Assembly (NCBI GenBank): GCA_938040365.1
Contig: CALHXU010000013.1
Span: 1-60,466 of the forward strand
Direction: 5' to 3'
Length of the DNA stretch: 60,466 nucleotides
Origin: an uncultured Acidimicrobiales bacterium
GTDB lineage: Bacteria; Actinomycetota; Acidimicrobiia; Acidimicrobiales; SHLQ01
Shown here: positions 8,192 through 17,082 of the stretch, piece after piece
Position numbering within the stretch: position 1 is the stretch's first letter
Layout of the letters: each line of letters starts with the position of its first letter
Program-made: the position numbers and the translations under genes
The notes under the pieces: model-generated
The model's database searches: none
What the model was told of the DNA's origin: nothing
The model's input: the letters and a program-made list of their open reading frames with translations, nothing else

Positions 8192-9645
8192 GCTTCAGCC
8201 CCCGTTCCAACTCGTTCAGGTGTAAGCCCGGGAATTCCCATGAGCGATGCCGAACCAGCGATCGATGGCCGTCTCGAAATCCATCGGACGGCTGGCCCCA
8301 TAAAGAAGTAGGTCGCGATGAGGTCGAGCACGGTGGCGATGCCGAGGTACAGCGCAAAGCCGCGAACGGCGCCAACGGTGAGCGCATAGAGCACTACAGC
8401 TGCGATCAGCGATGCCACATCGGCCTTGACGATGGTCGAGAACGCAACTGGAAACGCCTTGTCGACCGCCGTTCGCAACGTTCGCCCATTGCGCACATCC
8501 TCTTTCAGATGCTCGAAATAGACGATGTTCGAGTCGACAGACACACCGATAGACACGATGATCCCGGTAATTCCGGCAAGCGTAAGCGCGAGGCCAAAGT
8601 TGGCACCGAGATACGAGATGATCGACCACAAAAGCGCTGCCGAGATCACGAGGCTGAGCATCGCGACCAAGCCAAGGATTCGGTAGTAGCTGATGATGAA
8701 GACCGCAACGAGCGCCAACCCAATCAGGCCGGCAATAACACCCGCGTCAAGCGCGTCTTGGCCAATAGTTGCCGACACGATCTGCTGGTTCTCTGGCTCG
8801 AGTTGGATTGGAAGCGCACCAAAGCGCAGCGACAGACCAAGGCCCTGGGCAGTTTCTTGATCGAACGACCCCGAAATCACAAACGACGTTCCAAGGTCGG
8901 GGGCGTTCACCGTCGGCGCACTGATCACGACATTGTCGAGGTCGACCGCAATAGAACCGGGGCCGCCGATTCCCGGAGGACAGTTCGGTGTTCCCGAGAA
9001 ACACTCTGCTGTCAACGCAGCAAAAGCGTTGGCCCCGATGGGACCGGGCTGCAGGTCGACCGTGACCACCCAGTTCAGACCATCGAAGAAACCTTCGGCA
9101 TCGGAGAGCCCCTCGCCGGTCATCCCTGTTGGACCGAGCACATAACGAGCCGGAACGGCGAGGTTCGGATCTGAGTTGACGACGATGATGCCGCTCTCGG
9201 TGATGTCGTCTTCGGGCGTCAGACCAAACTCGTCGAGGGGCAAATCCTCGGGGTAGAGCGCGGGTCGATCGGTGCTACCTGGCGGAAGCCGCTCCAACAC
9301 TGGCCGAAAGCGAAGCACCGCGGTACCGCCGACCAATTCGAGCGCCCGGTCGGTGTCCTCGACTCCGGGCAGCGACACGAGAATGCCATTTCCCTCGGCC
9401 TGAATCTCGGGTTCGGCAACACCGAGGCCATCGACGCGGTTACGAATAACCTCGACCGCTTCTTCGATGCGCGCTTCGAGTTCGAGCGGGTCGTCGAATT
9501 CATCGGTCGTCACGTATCGAACGCTCACACCGCCTTGCAGGTCGAGGCCGAGCAGCGGCTCGTTCCCCCGAGCGAAGGTGAATGCGAGCAACGCAATCGA
9601 TAAGACCGTGATCCCGATCAGGAAGCTGACTTGTCGTCGCTCCAT
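8188..9645 (-). CDS. secD: protein translocase subunit SecD
   Basis: 485 aa with an N-terminal TM, a periplasmic domain (LGLDLQGGV) and a C-terminal 5-TM SecD/SecF domain. Confidence 0.9.
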   Translation of the reverse strand: MERRQVSFLIGITVLSIALLAFTFARGNEPLLGLDLQGGVSVRYVTTDEFDDPLELEARIEEAVEVIRNRVDGLGVAEPEIQAEGNGILVSLPGVEDTDRALELVGGTAVLRFRPVLERLPPGSTDRPALYPEDLPLDEFGLTPEDDITESGIIVVNSDPNLAVPARYVLGPTGMTGEGLSDAEGFFDGLNWVVTVDLQPGPIGANAFAALTAECFSGTPNCPPGIGGPGSIAVDLDNVVISAPTVNAPDLGTSFVISGSFDQETAQGLGLSLRFGALPIQLEPENQQIVSATIGQDALDAGVIAGLIGLALVAVFIISYYRILGLVAMLSLVISAALLWSIISYLGANFGLALTLAGITGIIVSIGVSVDSNIVYFEHLKEDVRNGRTLRTAVDKAFPVAFSTIVKADVASLIAAVVLYALTVGAVRGFALYLGIATVLDLIATYFFMGPAVRWISRRPSIAGSASLMGIPGLTPERVGTGAEA

Positions 9646-9999
9646 TTAGGCGTCGACCTCATCGTCATCTTCTTCGTGATCCAGCTCGTCAAACTCTTCG
9701 TCGTCGTCACCCTCGATGAGTTCGTCTTGGGGGCCTTCTTCAGTCGGGAAACGGTCGAGTGTTTCTTGGATGAATGGCTTTGACACGAGAATCTCGATGC
9801 CGTCGGCAAGTTCGAGAAAAACTGCGTCACCAACAACCTCAGTAATCGTGCCAAAGATGCCCGAGGTCAACATGACCCGGTCGCCAGCTCCGGCCTTCGC
9901 GACCATCGCCTTTTGCTCTTTGATTTGACGCTGCTGCGGGCGGATCAGCACGAAGTAAAAGATGCCGAACAACGCCAGCGGCAGAATTAGTGCTCCCAT
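9646..9999 (-). CDS. yajC: preprotein translocase subunit YajC with acidic C-terminal tail
   Basis: FYFVLIRPQQRQIKE...GDRVMLTSGIFGTI is the YajC signature. The last roughly 30 aa are Asp/Glu-rich. Confidence 0.85.
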   Translation of the reverse strand: MGALILPLALFGIFYFVLIRPQQRQIKEQKAMVAKAGAGDRVMLTSGIFGTITEVVGDAVFLELADGIEILVSKPFIQETLDRFPTEEGPQDELIEGDDDEEFDELDHEEDDDEVDA

Positions 10000-10110
10000 G
10001 TACGTCCCTCACTTGAATGTCCGAGAAGAGACTAGCCGTGACCAGCTCGGTTGATGCTCCGCGGTACGCCGAGTTCTGCTCGGAGCAAACGAAGGTTCGC
10101 CAGTGACCTA

Positions 10111-11211
10111 CTAGGCCCAGCGCTCGTGGACATCGCTTGCGAACGCCTCGAAGCGTTGCTCAGCGATCGCGGTCCGCATGTCATCAACAAATCGAAGCAA
10201 CCACCACAGGTTGTGCATCGTCAGAATTCGTGCTGCCGTTGGCTCCTTCACCTGAAGCAAATGGCGGAGATACCCGCGGCTCCAACGAGACGCTGGACCA
10301 TTTGCCTCGATGGGTTCGTCAGAAGTAGCAAACTCTCGCCGGGTCAGGTTTACCCGCCCCTCGTTGGTGAGCAGCGTGCCGTGACGGGCTAAACGGGTCG
10401 GCAATACACAATCGAACATGTCGATGCCCCGTGCAACCGCATCGACAATTCCGGCCGGGTCACCGAGCCCCATGAAGTACCGAGGCTGATCAGCGGGAAG
10501 GACCTGTGTTGCGGCGAGCAACGGCTCGTGCCATTCGTTGCGGTGCTCGCCCACCGACAGGCCACCGACGGCGTAGCCATCGAAGCCAATCTCGATTGTT
10601 CGCTCTGCACTTTCTGCCCGCATCGAAAGATCGAGCCCACCTTGAACAATGCCGAACTGGCTTTGCTTGCCAACCGCAGCATCGTGGGCCAAGAAATGCT
10701 CCCGGGCGCGTCCCGCCCACAGAATGGTCCGGTCGAGCGCTTCGCGAATGACCGCATCACTGCTGGGCAGCGCCGCACACACATCGAGCACCATCTGGAT
10801 ATCAGCGCCGATAGCGATCTGACTATCGACCGCACCTTCGGGGGTCATCATGAGGCGCTCACCGTCATAAACCGACTTGAAGACCGCTCCCTCATCAGAA
10901 ATCTTCGGCTCGAGCGAAAAGACTTGATAGCCGCCCGAATCGGTGAGCGTATGACCTTCCCAATCGGTCATCTTGTGCAATCCACCGAGCGTCTCGACGA
11001 TGTCGGCCCCGGGCCGCAACATCAGGTGATAATTATTGGCCAAGATCACCTGCGCGCCGAGATCTTCCATATCGGCCGATGAAAGGTGCTTGACCGCTCC
11101 CCTCGTTCCGACCGGCATGAAACACGGCGTCGTAAACGTGCCGCGAGCGGTCGTGACCACACCCGCTCTGGCGAGCCCATCTTGATGATCGAGTGTGAAG
11201 CTGGTGCGCAT
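10111..11211 (-). CDS. tgt: tRNA-guanine transglycosylase (queuine tRNA-ribosyltransferase)
   Basis: FMPVGT, LANNYHL, GGLSVGE and DCVLPTRLARHG motifs. Start taken at the ATG at 11209-11211 (MRTSFTL), because the longer ORF would overlap queA. Confidence 0.9.
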   Translation of the reverse strand: MRTSFTLDHQDGLARAGVVTTARGTFTTPCFMPVGTRGAVKHLSSADMEDLGAQVILANNYHLMLRPGADIVETLGGLHKMTDWEGHTLTDSGGYQVFSLEPKISDEGAVFKSVYDGERLMMTPEGAVDSQIAIGADIQMVLDVCAALPSSDAVIREALDRTILWAGRAREHFLAHDAAVGKQSQFGIVQGGLDLSMRAESAERTIEIGFDGYAVGGLSVGEHRNEWHEPLLAATQVLPADQPRYFMGLGDPAGIVDAVARGIDMFDCVLPTRLARHGTLLTNEGRVNLTRREFATSDEPIEANGPASRWSRGYLRHLLQVKEPTAARILTMHNLWWLLRFVDDMRTAIAEQRFEAFASDVHERWA

Positions 11212-11227
11212 AGGTCTTTCGCGTTCT

Positions 11228-12256
11228 CTATTCCGCGTGACGATCGAGCAGCATTGCATCGCCGAACGACAAGAAGCGGTAGTTCGATTCGAGCGCCTCA
11301 GCATAGAGGTCACGCCACCGAGCACCGATGAACGCATCGATCATGACGAGCAACGTGCTCTTCGGCATATGAAAGTTAGTGAACAGCTTGTCGACGATTC
11401 GAAAGTCGAACGGATCACGAATGAACAGATTTGTCGACCCGACGTTGCCAAACCGCGCCCACGACTCGAGCGCCCGAACCGTCGTCGTCCCGATCGCAAC
11501 GACACGCTGCGCGGCATCCAGCTTTGCAGCAGTGTCGGACGAAACTTGGAACTTCTCTGAATGCATGTGATGGTCGGAAAGGTCATCGACCATCACCGGG
11601 CGGAACGTATCGAGGCCAACGACCAACTCGACGGTCGCCGTCTGCACGCCAATACTCTCGAGCCGGGCGAGCAGCTCGTTCGTCAGGTGTAGCCCAGCGG
11701 TGGGCGCTGCTGCGCTGCCCGGCGGCTCGGCATAGACCGTCTGGTAACGATTGGGGTCATCGAGCGTTTCGGTGATGTAGGGCGGAAGTGGCATCTGCCC
11801 GGCCCGCACGAGAGCCGCTTCGAGATTCGTCGACTCGACCGTGAGCTCGCGACGTCCCTCGCCCAAGTCGTCTCCGACCGTGATCACCAGATCGTCCTCG
11901 CCTGCTATCTCGAGTTCGGTCCCGGGTGGAACCTTCTTGCTTGGCCGAACGAGACCAACCCATTGCGACCGTTCGGTCGAGAGCGCAACCGCCGCTGGCC
12001 CATTCGATTCGAGTAGGAGCACTTCGGTCTTGCCGCCGGTTGGACGCGTGCCCAGCAGTCGGGCTGCGAGCACCTTGGTGTTGTTCATCACCACGAGATC
12101 GCCCGGCGCTAGCAACTCGTCGAGCTGATCGACAACACGATGCTCGGGGCGTAACGACCCGCGGTCGACGAGAAGCTTCGAGGCGGTCCGCTCGGTCAGC
12201 GGCGTCTGGGCAATCCGCTCGGGCGGCAGCACATAGTCGAAGTCGTCGATCAGCAC
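11228..12256 (-). CDS. queA: S-adenosylmethionine:tRNA ribosyltransferase-isomerase
   Basis: 342 aa. DFDYVLPPERIAQ N-terminus, MPLPPYI, AAPTAGLH and VAIGTTTVRALES motifs. Confidence 0.9.
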   Translation of the reverse strand: MLIDDFDYVLPPERIAQTPLTERTASKLLVDRGSLRPEHRVVDQLDELLAPGDLVVMNNTKVLAARLLGTRPTGGKTEVLLLESNGPAAVALSTERSQWVGLVRPSKKVPPGTELEIAGEDDLVITVGDDLGEGRRELTVESTNLEAALVRAGQMPLPPYITETLDDPNRYQTVYAEPPGSAAAPTAGLHLTNELLARLESIGVQTATVELVVGLDTFRPVMVDDLSDHHMHSEKFQVSSDTAAKLDAAQRVVAIGTTTVRALESWARFGNVGSTNLFIRDPFDFRIVDKLFTNFHMPKSTLLVMIDAFIGARWRDLYAEALESNYRFLSFGDAMLLDRHAE

Positions 12257-12328
12257 GCTTGGACGTTACCGGCTGAGCTTGTGGAAGTCAGCGTGTGCAA
12301 AGACAGCTCGGTGTTCGACGACGGCGCG

Positions 12329-13378
12329 CTAGTCGAAGAGCCCCGCGGGCAATCCCGTCTCGGGGCTTTCCGCCGGCGGCGTCTTACCGACGTGCTTCCA
12401 CGCCGCGGCCGTCGCAACACGACCCTTCGGTGTGCGCATGAGCAGCCCCTGCTGGATCAGGTAGGGCTCGTACACGTCTTCGACCGTCTCGACCGGTTCG
12501 CTCACACTGATCGCCAGCGTCTTTAACCCCACAGGCCCGCCATCGAACATGTCGCACAGCGAAATGAGCAACGCCCGCGTTGCCTTGTCGAGGCCACGGT
12601 TGTCGACCCCGAAGAACTCAAGTCCGTCACGGGCAACTACCTCGTTGATCATGCCGTCGCGTTCGACCTCGGCAAAGTCACGCACCTGGCGAAGCAGACG
12701 ATTGCCGATGCGAGGAGTTCCCCTGCTGCGCATCGCAATCTCGAACGCCCCCGCCTCGTCGACCGACACATCGAGAATTCCTGCGGCGCGAATCACGATC
12801 GACTGCAACTCTTCGGGCTCGTAAAAGTCGAGCCGCGCTGGATAGTCGAACCGATCACGGAGGGGGCCGGTGATGAGGCCGGTTCGGGTCGTGGCCCCAA
12901 TGAGCGTGAACTTTGCGACCGGCAAACGCATCGTCCGTGCCGCAGGCCCCTTTCCGAGCACAAGATCGAGCTGGAAGTCTTCCATTGCGGGATACAACAC
13001 TTCCTCGACCGGGCGAGCCAGGCGGTGAATCTCATCGATGAACAACACATCGCCGTCTTCGAGCTTGGTGAGGATCGCCGCCAGATCGCCACCCTTTTCG
13101 AGCGCAGGGCCAGACGTGATGTGGATGTTTGCATCCATCTCATTGGCAATGATCGACGCCAACGTTGTCTTGCCCAACCCTGGCGGCCCGGCGAAGAGCA
13201 AATGTCCCATTGGCTGCTCGCGACCTCGCGCCGCGGTCAACATCACACGAAGATGCGCCTTTAGCTGCTCTTGGCCAACAAAATCATCGAGCGACGTCGG
13301 CCGAAGACCGAGCTCGTCTCGTTGCTCACCCTCGCGTTCGGCAGACGTTCCGACAGCCGACAACAACTCGTCACGCAT
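12329..13378 (-). CDS. ruvB: Holliday junction branch migration helicase RuvB
   Basis: AAA+ Walker A GPPGLGKTT, Walker B LFIDEIHRL, and a RuvB winged-helix C-terminus. ATGA overlap with the ruvA stop. Confidence 0.95.
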   Translation of the reverse strand: MRDELLSAVGTSAEREGEQRDELGLRPTSLDDFVGQEQLKAHLRVMLTAARGREQPMGHLLFAGPPGLGKTTLASIIANEMDANIHITSGPALEKGGDLAAILTKLEDGDVLFIDEIHRLARPVEEVLYPAMEDFQLDLVLGKGPAARTMRLPVAKFTLIGATTRTGLITGPLRDRFDYPARLDFYEPEELQSIVIRAAGILDVSVDEAGAFEIAMRSRGTPRIGNRLLRQVRDFAEVERDGMINEVVARDGLEFFGVDNRGLDKATRALLISLCDMFDGGPVGLKTLAISVSEPVETVEDVYEPYLIQQGLLMRTPKGRVATAAAWKHVGKTPPAESPETGLPAGLFD

Positions 13379-13983
13379 CAGGAACCCTCGGCGATCAGAC
13401 GAAGCGCATCGCGGGTCAGCAACGCCGGGTCGCCCTCGGTCGGCAGTTTGGCCAAAATCGGACGAACATCGTCGCTGCTATAGCCGAGCGACTCGAGCGC
13501 TTGGCGAACCTCGATATGTGCGGGCACCTCGACCTCGGGAGCTGGGCGTTCGATTGCGGTGAGATCGATGTCGGGAAGGTCGAGCTTGGACTTCAACTCG
13601 ATCAACAGACGGGTAGCCGTCTTCTTGCCAACGCCGGGAACCGCGCACAACGCGTCGATATCTTCGGTTGCGAGCACCGCCTTTAACTCAGCCGGACCAT
13701 GCACCGAAAGAATTGCCATACCGAGCGACGGCCCAACACCGTGCGCGCTGATAACCGCCTCGAAGACCCGACGCTCATCGATCGTCGAAAAGCCGTACAG
13801 CAGTTGCGCGTCCTCACGCTGTTGATGATGCACGTGCAAGAAAACCTCGGACCCAACGCTGCCCGCACGCGCAGAAGCCGCTGGAGCGACCGAAACGCGA
13901 TAGCCAACACCGCCGACCTCGAGCAGCAGCTCATCACCGTTTGGGCTGCGGTCGATCAAGATGCCTCGGAGCGAACCAATCAC
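13378..13983 (-). CDS. ruvA: Holliday junction DNA-binding protein RuvA
   Basis: The conserved N-terminus (V)IGSLRGIL begins at the GTG at 13981-13983. HhH motifs are present (GVGPSLGMAILS, PGVGKKTATRL). The 261-aa track ORF is an upstream over-extension. Confidence 0.9.
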   Translation of the reverse strand: MIGSLRGILIDRSPNGDELLLEVGGVGYRVSVAPAASARAGSVGSEVFLHVHHQQREDAQLLYGFSTIDERRVFEAVISAHGVGPSLGMAILSVHGPAELKAVLATEDIDALCAVPGVGKKTATRLLIELKSKLDLPDIDLTAIERPAPEVEVPAHIEVRQALESLGYSSDDVRPILAKLPTEGDPALLTRDALRLIAEGS

Positions 13984-14059
13984 GTTTGTCGGCCTTTCGC
14001 GTGTGCTGACTTCTCTTGTGCCATCTTGTTTGCTGCCATCTCGTTCGTGAAAGTAACCA

Positions 14060-14584
14060 TCAGATTGGGACACTACTCTCTGCGGCATCGGCGGCACCGA
14101 GCTTTGGTGGCACGCCCTCGATTGCGGTGTGACACAACGCGACCGCAATCGCATCGGCCGCATCGACCGGCTTCAGCTCAGCCTCGAGCTTGAGCTGGGC
14201 CCGAACCATCCGCTCGACCTGCTGTTTGTCGGCATTGCCATACCCCGTGACCGCAAGTTTGATCTCGTTCGGGCTGTACTCGAACACCGAACAACCAGCC
14301 ACTGCACCCGCAGCCATAACCACACCCGACGCGTGTCCAACCGCCATTGCCGTACTCACATTCACCTGAAACAACACCCGCTCGATCGCAACGACCGAAG
14401 GCCCAAACTCGTCGATCAGCTCGACCATTTCGACATGGAGCGTCGCCAAACGCTGTGGCAACGGATCGGTGTGCTCGGTGCGGATCACACCAGCCGAAAC
14501 CGCGTGCACCTTGTTTGGGCCGCGCCAATCGACAATGCCATAACCACAGCGAGTGAGACCCGGATCAATTCCAAGAACGAACAT
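14060..14584 (-). CDS. ruvC: crossover junction endodeoxyribonuclease RuvC
   Basis: MFVLGIDPGLTRCGYG N-terminus (ATG at 14582-14584), RNase H-like fold, C-terminal DAADAIAVALCH. Confidence 0.9.
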   Translation of the reverse strand: MFVLGIDPGLTRCGYGIVDWRGPNKVHAVSAGVIRTEHTDPLPQRLATLHVEMVELIDEFGPSVVAIERVLFQVNVSTAMAVGHASGVVMAAGAVAGCSVFEYSPNEIKLAVTGYGNADKQQVERMVRAQLKLEAELKPVDAADAIAVALCHTAIEGVPPKLGAADAAESSVPI

Positions 14585-14662
14585 TCGTACGACCCTACCG
14601 CAGTGGGCTGACAGGCCCGTGCATATTCGCGCGTATAACGAAGGGGTGAATAGTGCCATCGC

Positions 14663-15043
14663 ATGTCTGTTCAAGATCAGCCGTGCGATACCGTAGTTCC
14701 AGTGAGCAGCACGACCATCCCCACAGATACCGGCGAAGACGAAACCGGCGAACCCGAAGCCGAACGAGTTTTCTCAAAATCGGTCGTCATCTCGGGAATC
14801 CGCTGCGTCCTGACCTACGTCATCTTCCCGTTCGTCGCCCCACTCGTCGGCCTCACCGCAAGCACCGGCGCAGTCGTCGGGGTCATCATCGGCACCGTGG
14901 CAATCGTCTTCAACGTCTTGAGTATCCGACGCTTCTTCAAGGCCGACCACCCCTACAAATGGTGGGCGAGCGCCCTCAACGCCGCCGTCATCATCTTGCT
15001 CGTCGTCCTGTTCTTCATCGACAGCCAAACCCTGCTCGGATAG
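14663..15043 (+). CDS. small hypothetical membrane protein (3 TM)
   Basis: 126-aa ORF with an acidic N-terminus followed by three hydrophobic helices. Divergent from ruvC. No recognizable motif. Confidence 0.5.
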   Translation: MSVQDQPCDTVVPVSSTTIPTDTGEDETGEPEAERVFSKSVVISGIRCVLTYVIFPFVAPLVGLTASTGAVVGVIIGTVAIVFNVLSIRRFFKADHPYKWWASALNAAVIILLVVLFFIDSQTLLG

Positions 15044-15046
15044 CGA

Positions 15047-15946
15047 GTGCGCTTCGCCGACGCGACTGCTCTCGCCGAGACTGCCGCTCGGAACCCCACG
15101 CGGTATTCCGCCGACACTTCCGCTCGGAACCCCAGCCAGGCTGCGGATTCCGCCCAGGCGGCTGGCGACGCCGAGATTCGGGCCACCGTGTACACGGGCG
15201 AGATTCATCCGGGGTGGGACATCATGGGCAACGCGAATGGTGGGTACACGATGTCGATGTTTGCCCGGGCCGCGCTCATCGACTCGGGGCGCAACGACGT
15301 CATCTCAGTCTCGGCCCACTTCCTCTCACCTGGAAAACCAGGCCCGGTCCAGGCATCGGTCGAACAAATCAAGAACGGCAAGAAGTTCGCGACCTCACGA
15401 GTCGAGCTCAGATCTAACCAAGAGTCAGAAGTTGCCAAAACCGTGCTCTCGGGAACCGTCATCACCGGTAACCTCGACGACAGCGACGGGCCCGAACTCA
15501 TCGCCGAGAACGCGCCCGATATCCCCGACCCAGAATCATGCGTTCGGGTGATCGGCACCGACTCGTTCCCGCCACCATTTTCTAACCGCATCGATCAGCG
15601 AATCGACCCAGCGACCGCCATGGGATCGAATGCGGGACCGGTCGTACGCGGCTGGATGCGCCTCCTCGACGATGAACCAATGGACACCATTGCGCTCATC
15701 CTGGCATCTGATTCCCTGCCACCGACCGTGTTCAATACCGACCTCGAACCGTGGTGGGTTCCGACGGTCCAAATGACCATTCATGTCCGCCGCCGCCCGC
15801 AGACCAATTGGCTGCTCCTCAACAGCGAGACCCGCTTTGTTACCGGCGGCATGTTCGAGGTGGACAACACGATCTATGACGAAGATGGCGATGTACTCGC
15901 CCACTCTCGCCAGCTACAACTACTTGGCCTAGCCCACTCGGGCTAG
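15047..15946 (+). CDS. acyl-CoA thioesterase, double hot-dog (TesB-like) family
   Basis: HPGWDIMGNANGGYTMSMFARAAL and C-terminal GGMFEVDNTIYDEDGDVLAHSRQL are typical of thioesterase-like (4HBT_3) proteins. The N-terminal roughly 45 aa are low complexity with an imperfect 36-nt duplication. GTG start; exact start uncertain. Confidence 0.7.
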   Translation: MRFADATALAETAARNPTRYSADTSARNPSQAADSAQAAGDAEIRATVYTGEIHPGWDIMGNANGGYTMSMFARAALIDSGRNDVISVSAHFLSPGKPGPVQASVEQIKNGKKFATSRVELRSNQESEVAKTVLSGTVITGNLDDSDGPELIAENAPDIPDPESCVRVIGTDSFPPPFSNRIDQRIDPATAMGSNAGPVVRGWMRLLDDEPMDTIALILASDSLPPTVFNTDLEPWWVPTVQMTIHVRRRPQTNWLLLNSETRFVTGGMFEVDNTIYDEDGDVLAHSRQLQLLGLAHSG

Positions 15947-15973
15947 CGCAACAGAGCCCACTCGGGCTAGCGC
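15929..15973. repeat. 24-nt tandem duplication carrying hairpin AGCCC-ACTC-GGGCT and the palindrome GCTAGC
   Basis: AGCCCACTCGGGCTAGCGC at 15931-15949 and 15955-15973. Copy 1 supplies the TAG stop of the + gene (15944-15946) and copy 2 supplies the TAG stop of the - gene (15967-15969). Confidence 0.9.
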
Positions 15974-16677
15974 GCGGATAGCCGCTCGGCGAGCTGGGCA
16001 TACAGATCGACACCGAGTATCGCTTCGAGTTCTTCACGCAGCGATTCGATCACCGGAACCTCGCCGACGAACGCGTCTGCGAGGGGCGACTCACGTTCGG
16101 TGCAGCAGTAGGCCATGTCGTTACCCTCGGGCCCCCAATCACGGCGCAACCACCCTCGAAGCCGCGAGGTCGATGCGTCGTCGATGTTGTGCTCGACCTT
16201 CAGAGGCAGCTGCCAACAGATCGACGGCTTCACATCGATGTGTGGCTCGCCGGTGGCGATCGCCTCGAGATGCAGGGCACAGCCCTCGCCGCCTGGAAAG
16301 CCCGGACGATTGAGAAAGATGCATGCCCCGTCGACCACCCGCGTCGCCCAGCTCGCTCGATCAGATTCCGACGCAACGAGCACGCCGCCATCTGCGATTG
16401 CCGAAGCGAATTGTGTGCGTTCTGGATCGAGCGCAGCGCCGACCGCCGAAATTCGCATCGCTTCTTCATCGTCGAGCATCTCGGCCCCCACAGAGCAGCA
16501 TCCGAGTTGGCCAGCAACGTCACCAATGGCGCCGATTCCCGCACACCCCTGGTTCCAGATACAGGTCCACTCCGACGTGAGAAACTCGGTGTCGAACTCC
16601 CACGTCGTGTCGTCTTGTTCGATGCGAATCCAGCGGTCCACGACGCTCCTCCTCGATGCCTCAAGCCTCGGCGCCAT
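15967..16677 (-). CDS. conserved Cys-rich hypothetical protein (possible metal/Fe-S cluster protein)
   Basis: Cys clusters CIWNQGCAGI, GCCSVG, GACIFLNRPGFPGGEGCALH and YCCTE resemble YkgJ-type cysteine-cluster proteins. Start set at the ATG at 16675-16677, because the longer ORF would overlap cspA. Confidence 0.5.
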   Translation of the reverse strand: MAPRLEASRRSVVDRWIRIEQDDTTWEFDTEFLTSEWTCIWNQGCAGIGAIGDVAGQLGCCSVGAEMLDDEEAMRISAVGAALDPERTQFASAIADGGVLVASESDRASWATRVVDGACIFLNRPGFPGGEGCALHLEAIATGEPHIDVKPSICWQLPLKVEHNIDDASTSRLRGWLRRDWGPEGNDMAYCCTERESPLADAFVGEVPVIESLREELEAILGVDLYAQLAERLSAR

Positions 16678-16868
16678 GCCTTCGACAGTGCTGTCTATGA
16701 AAGCTTTGTGTCGAGAAGATGAACAAAGCCAACTCGATCCGACCCGATTTTGTGTGCTCGTTATCCTTGCCCATAGTGCGCACTGCCTGCGGGATTGTTG
16801 CGCAATACCCGCAGCAAGCTGCGGCTTGAGCCCCGGGCTCGAAATTTGGCAAGCGAGAAAAGGCAGCA

Positions 16869-17069
16869 ATGGCAACTGGAACAGTCAAGTTCTTCAACAA
16901 CGAGAAGGGCTACGGCTTCATCTCACAGGAAAACGGCGAAGACATCTTCGTGCACTACAGCAACATTGCGGGCGACGGATATAAGTCGCTCGACGAAGGG
17001 CAGGCCGTCGAATTCGAAGTTGGCCCCGGACGTAAGGGTGATGAAGCCCTGAACGTGGTCCCACTTTAG
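16869..17069 (+). CDS. cspA: cold-shock protein (CspA family)
   Basis: 66 aa. [15 protein letters not shown] (RNP1) and DIFVHYS (RNP2). Confidence 0.95.
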   Translation: MATGTVKFFNNEKGYGFISQENGEDIFVHYSNIAGDGYKSLDEGQAVEFEVGPGRKGDEALNVVPL

Positions 17070-17082
17070 GCATACTCAGTCC

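Noticed and set aside
13984-14163. Upstream extension of ruvA (261-aa ORF), and similar extensions of ruvC (to 14674), tgt (to 11337), the Cys-rich protein (to 16875) and tetR (to 25249).
   Set aside because: The conserved N-termini start at internal ATG/GTG codons. The extensions overlap neighbouring genes or are compositionally aberrant.
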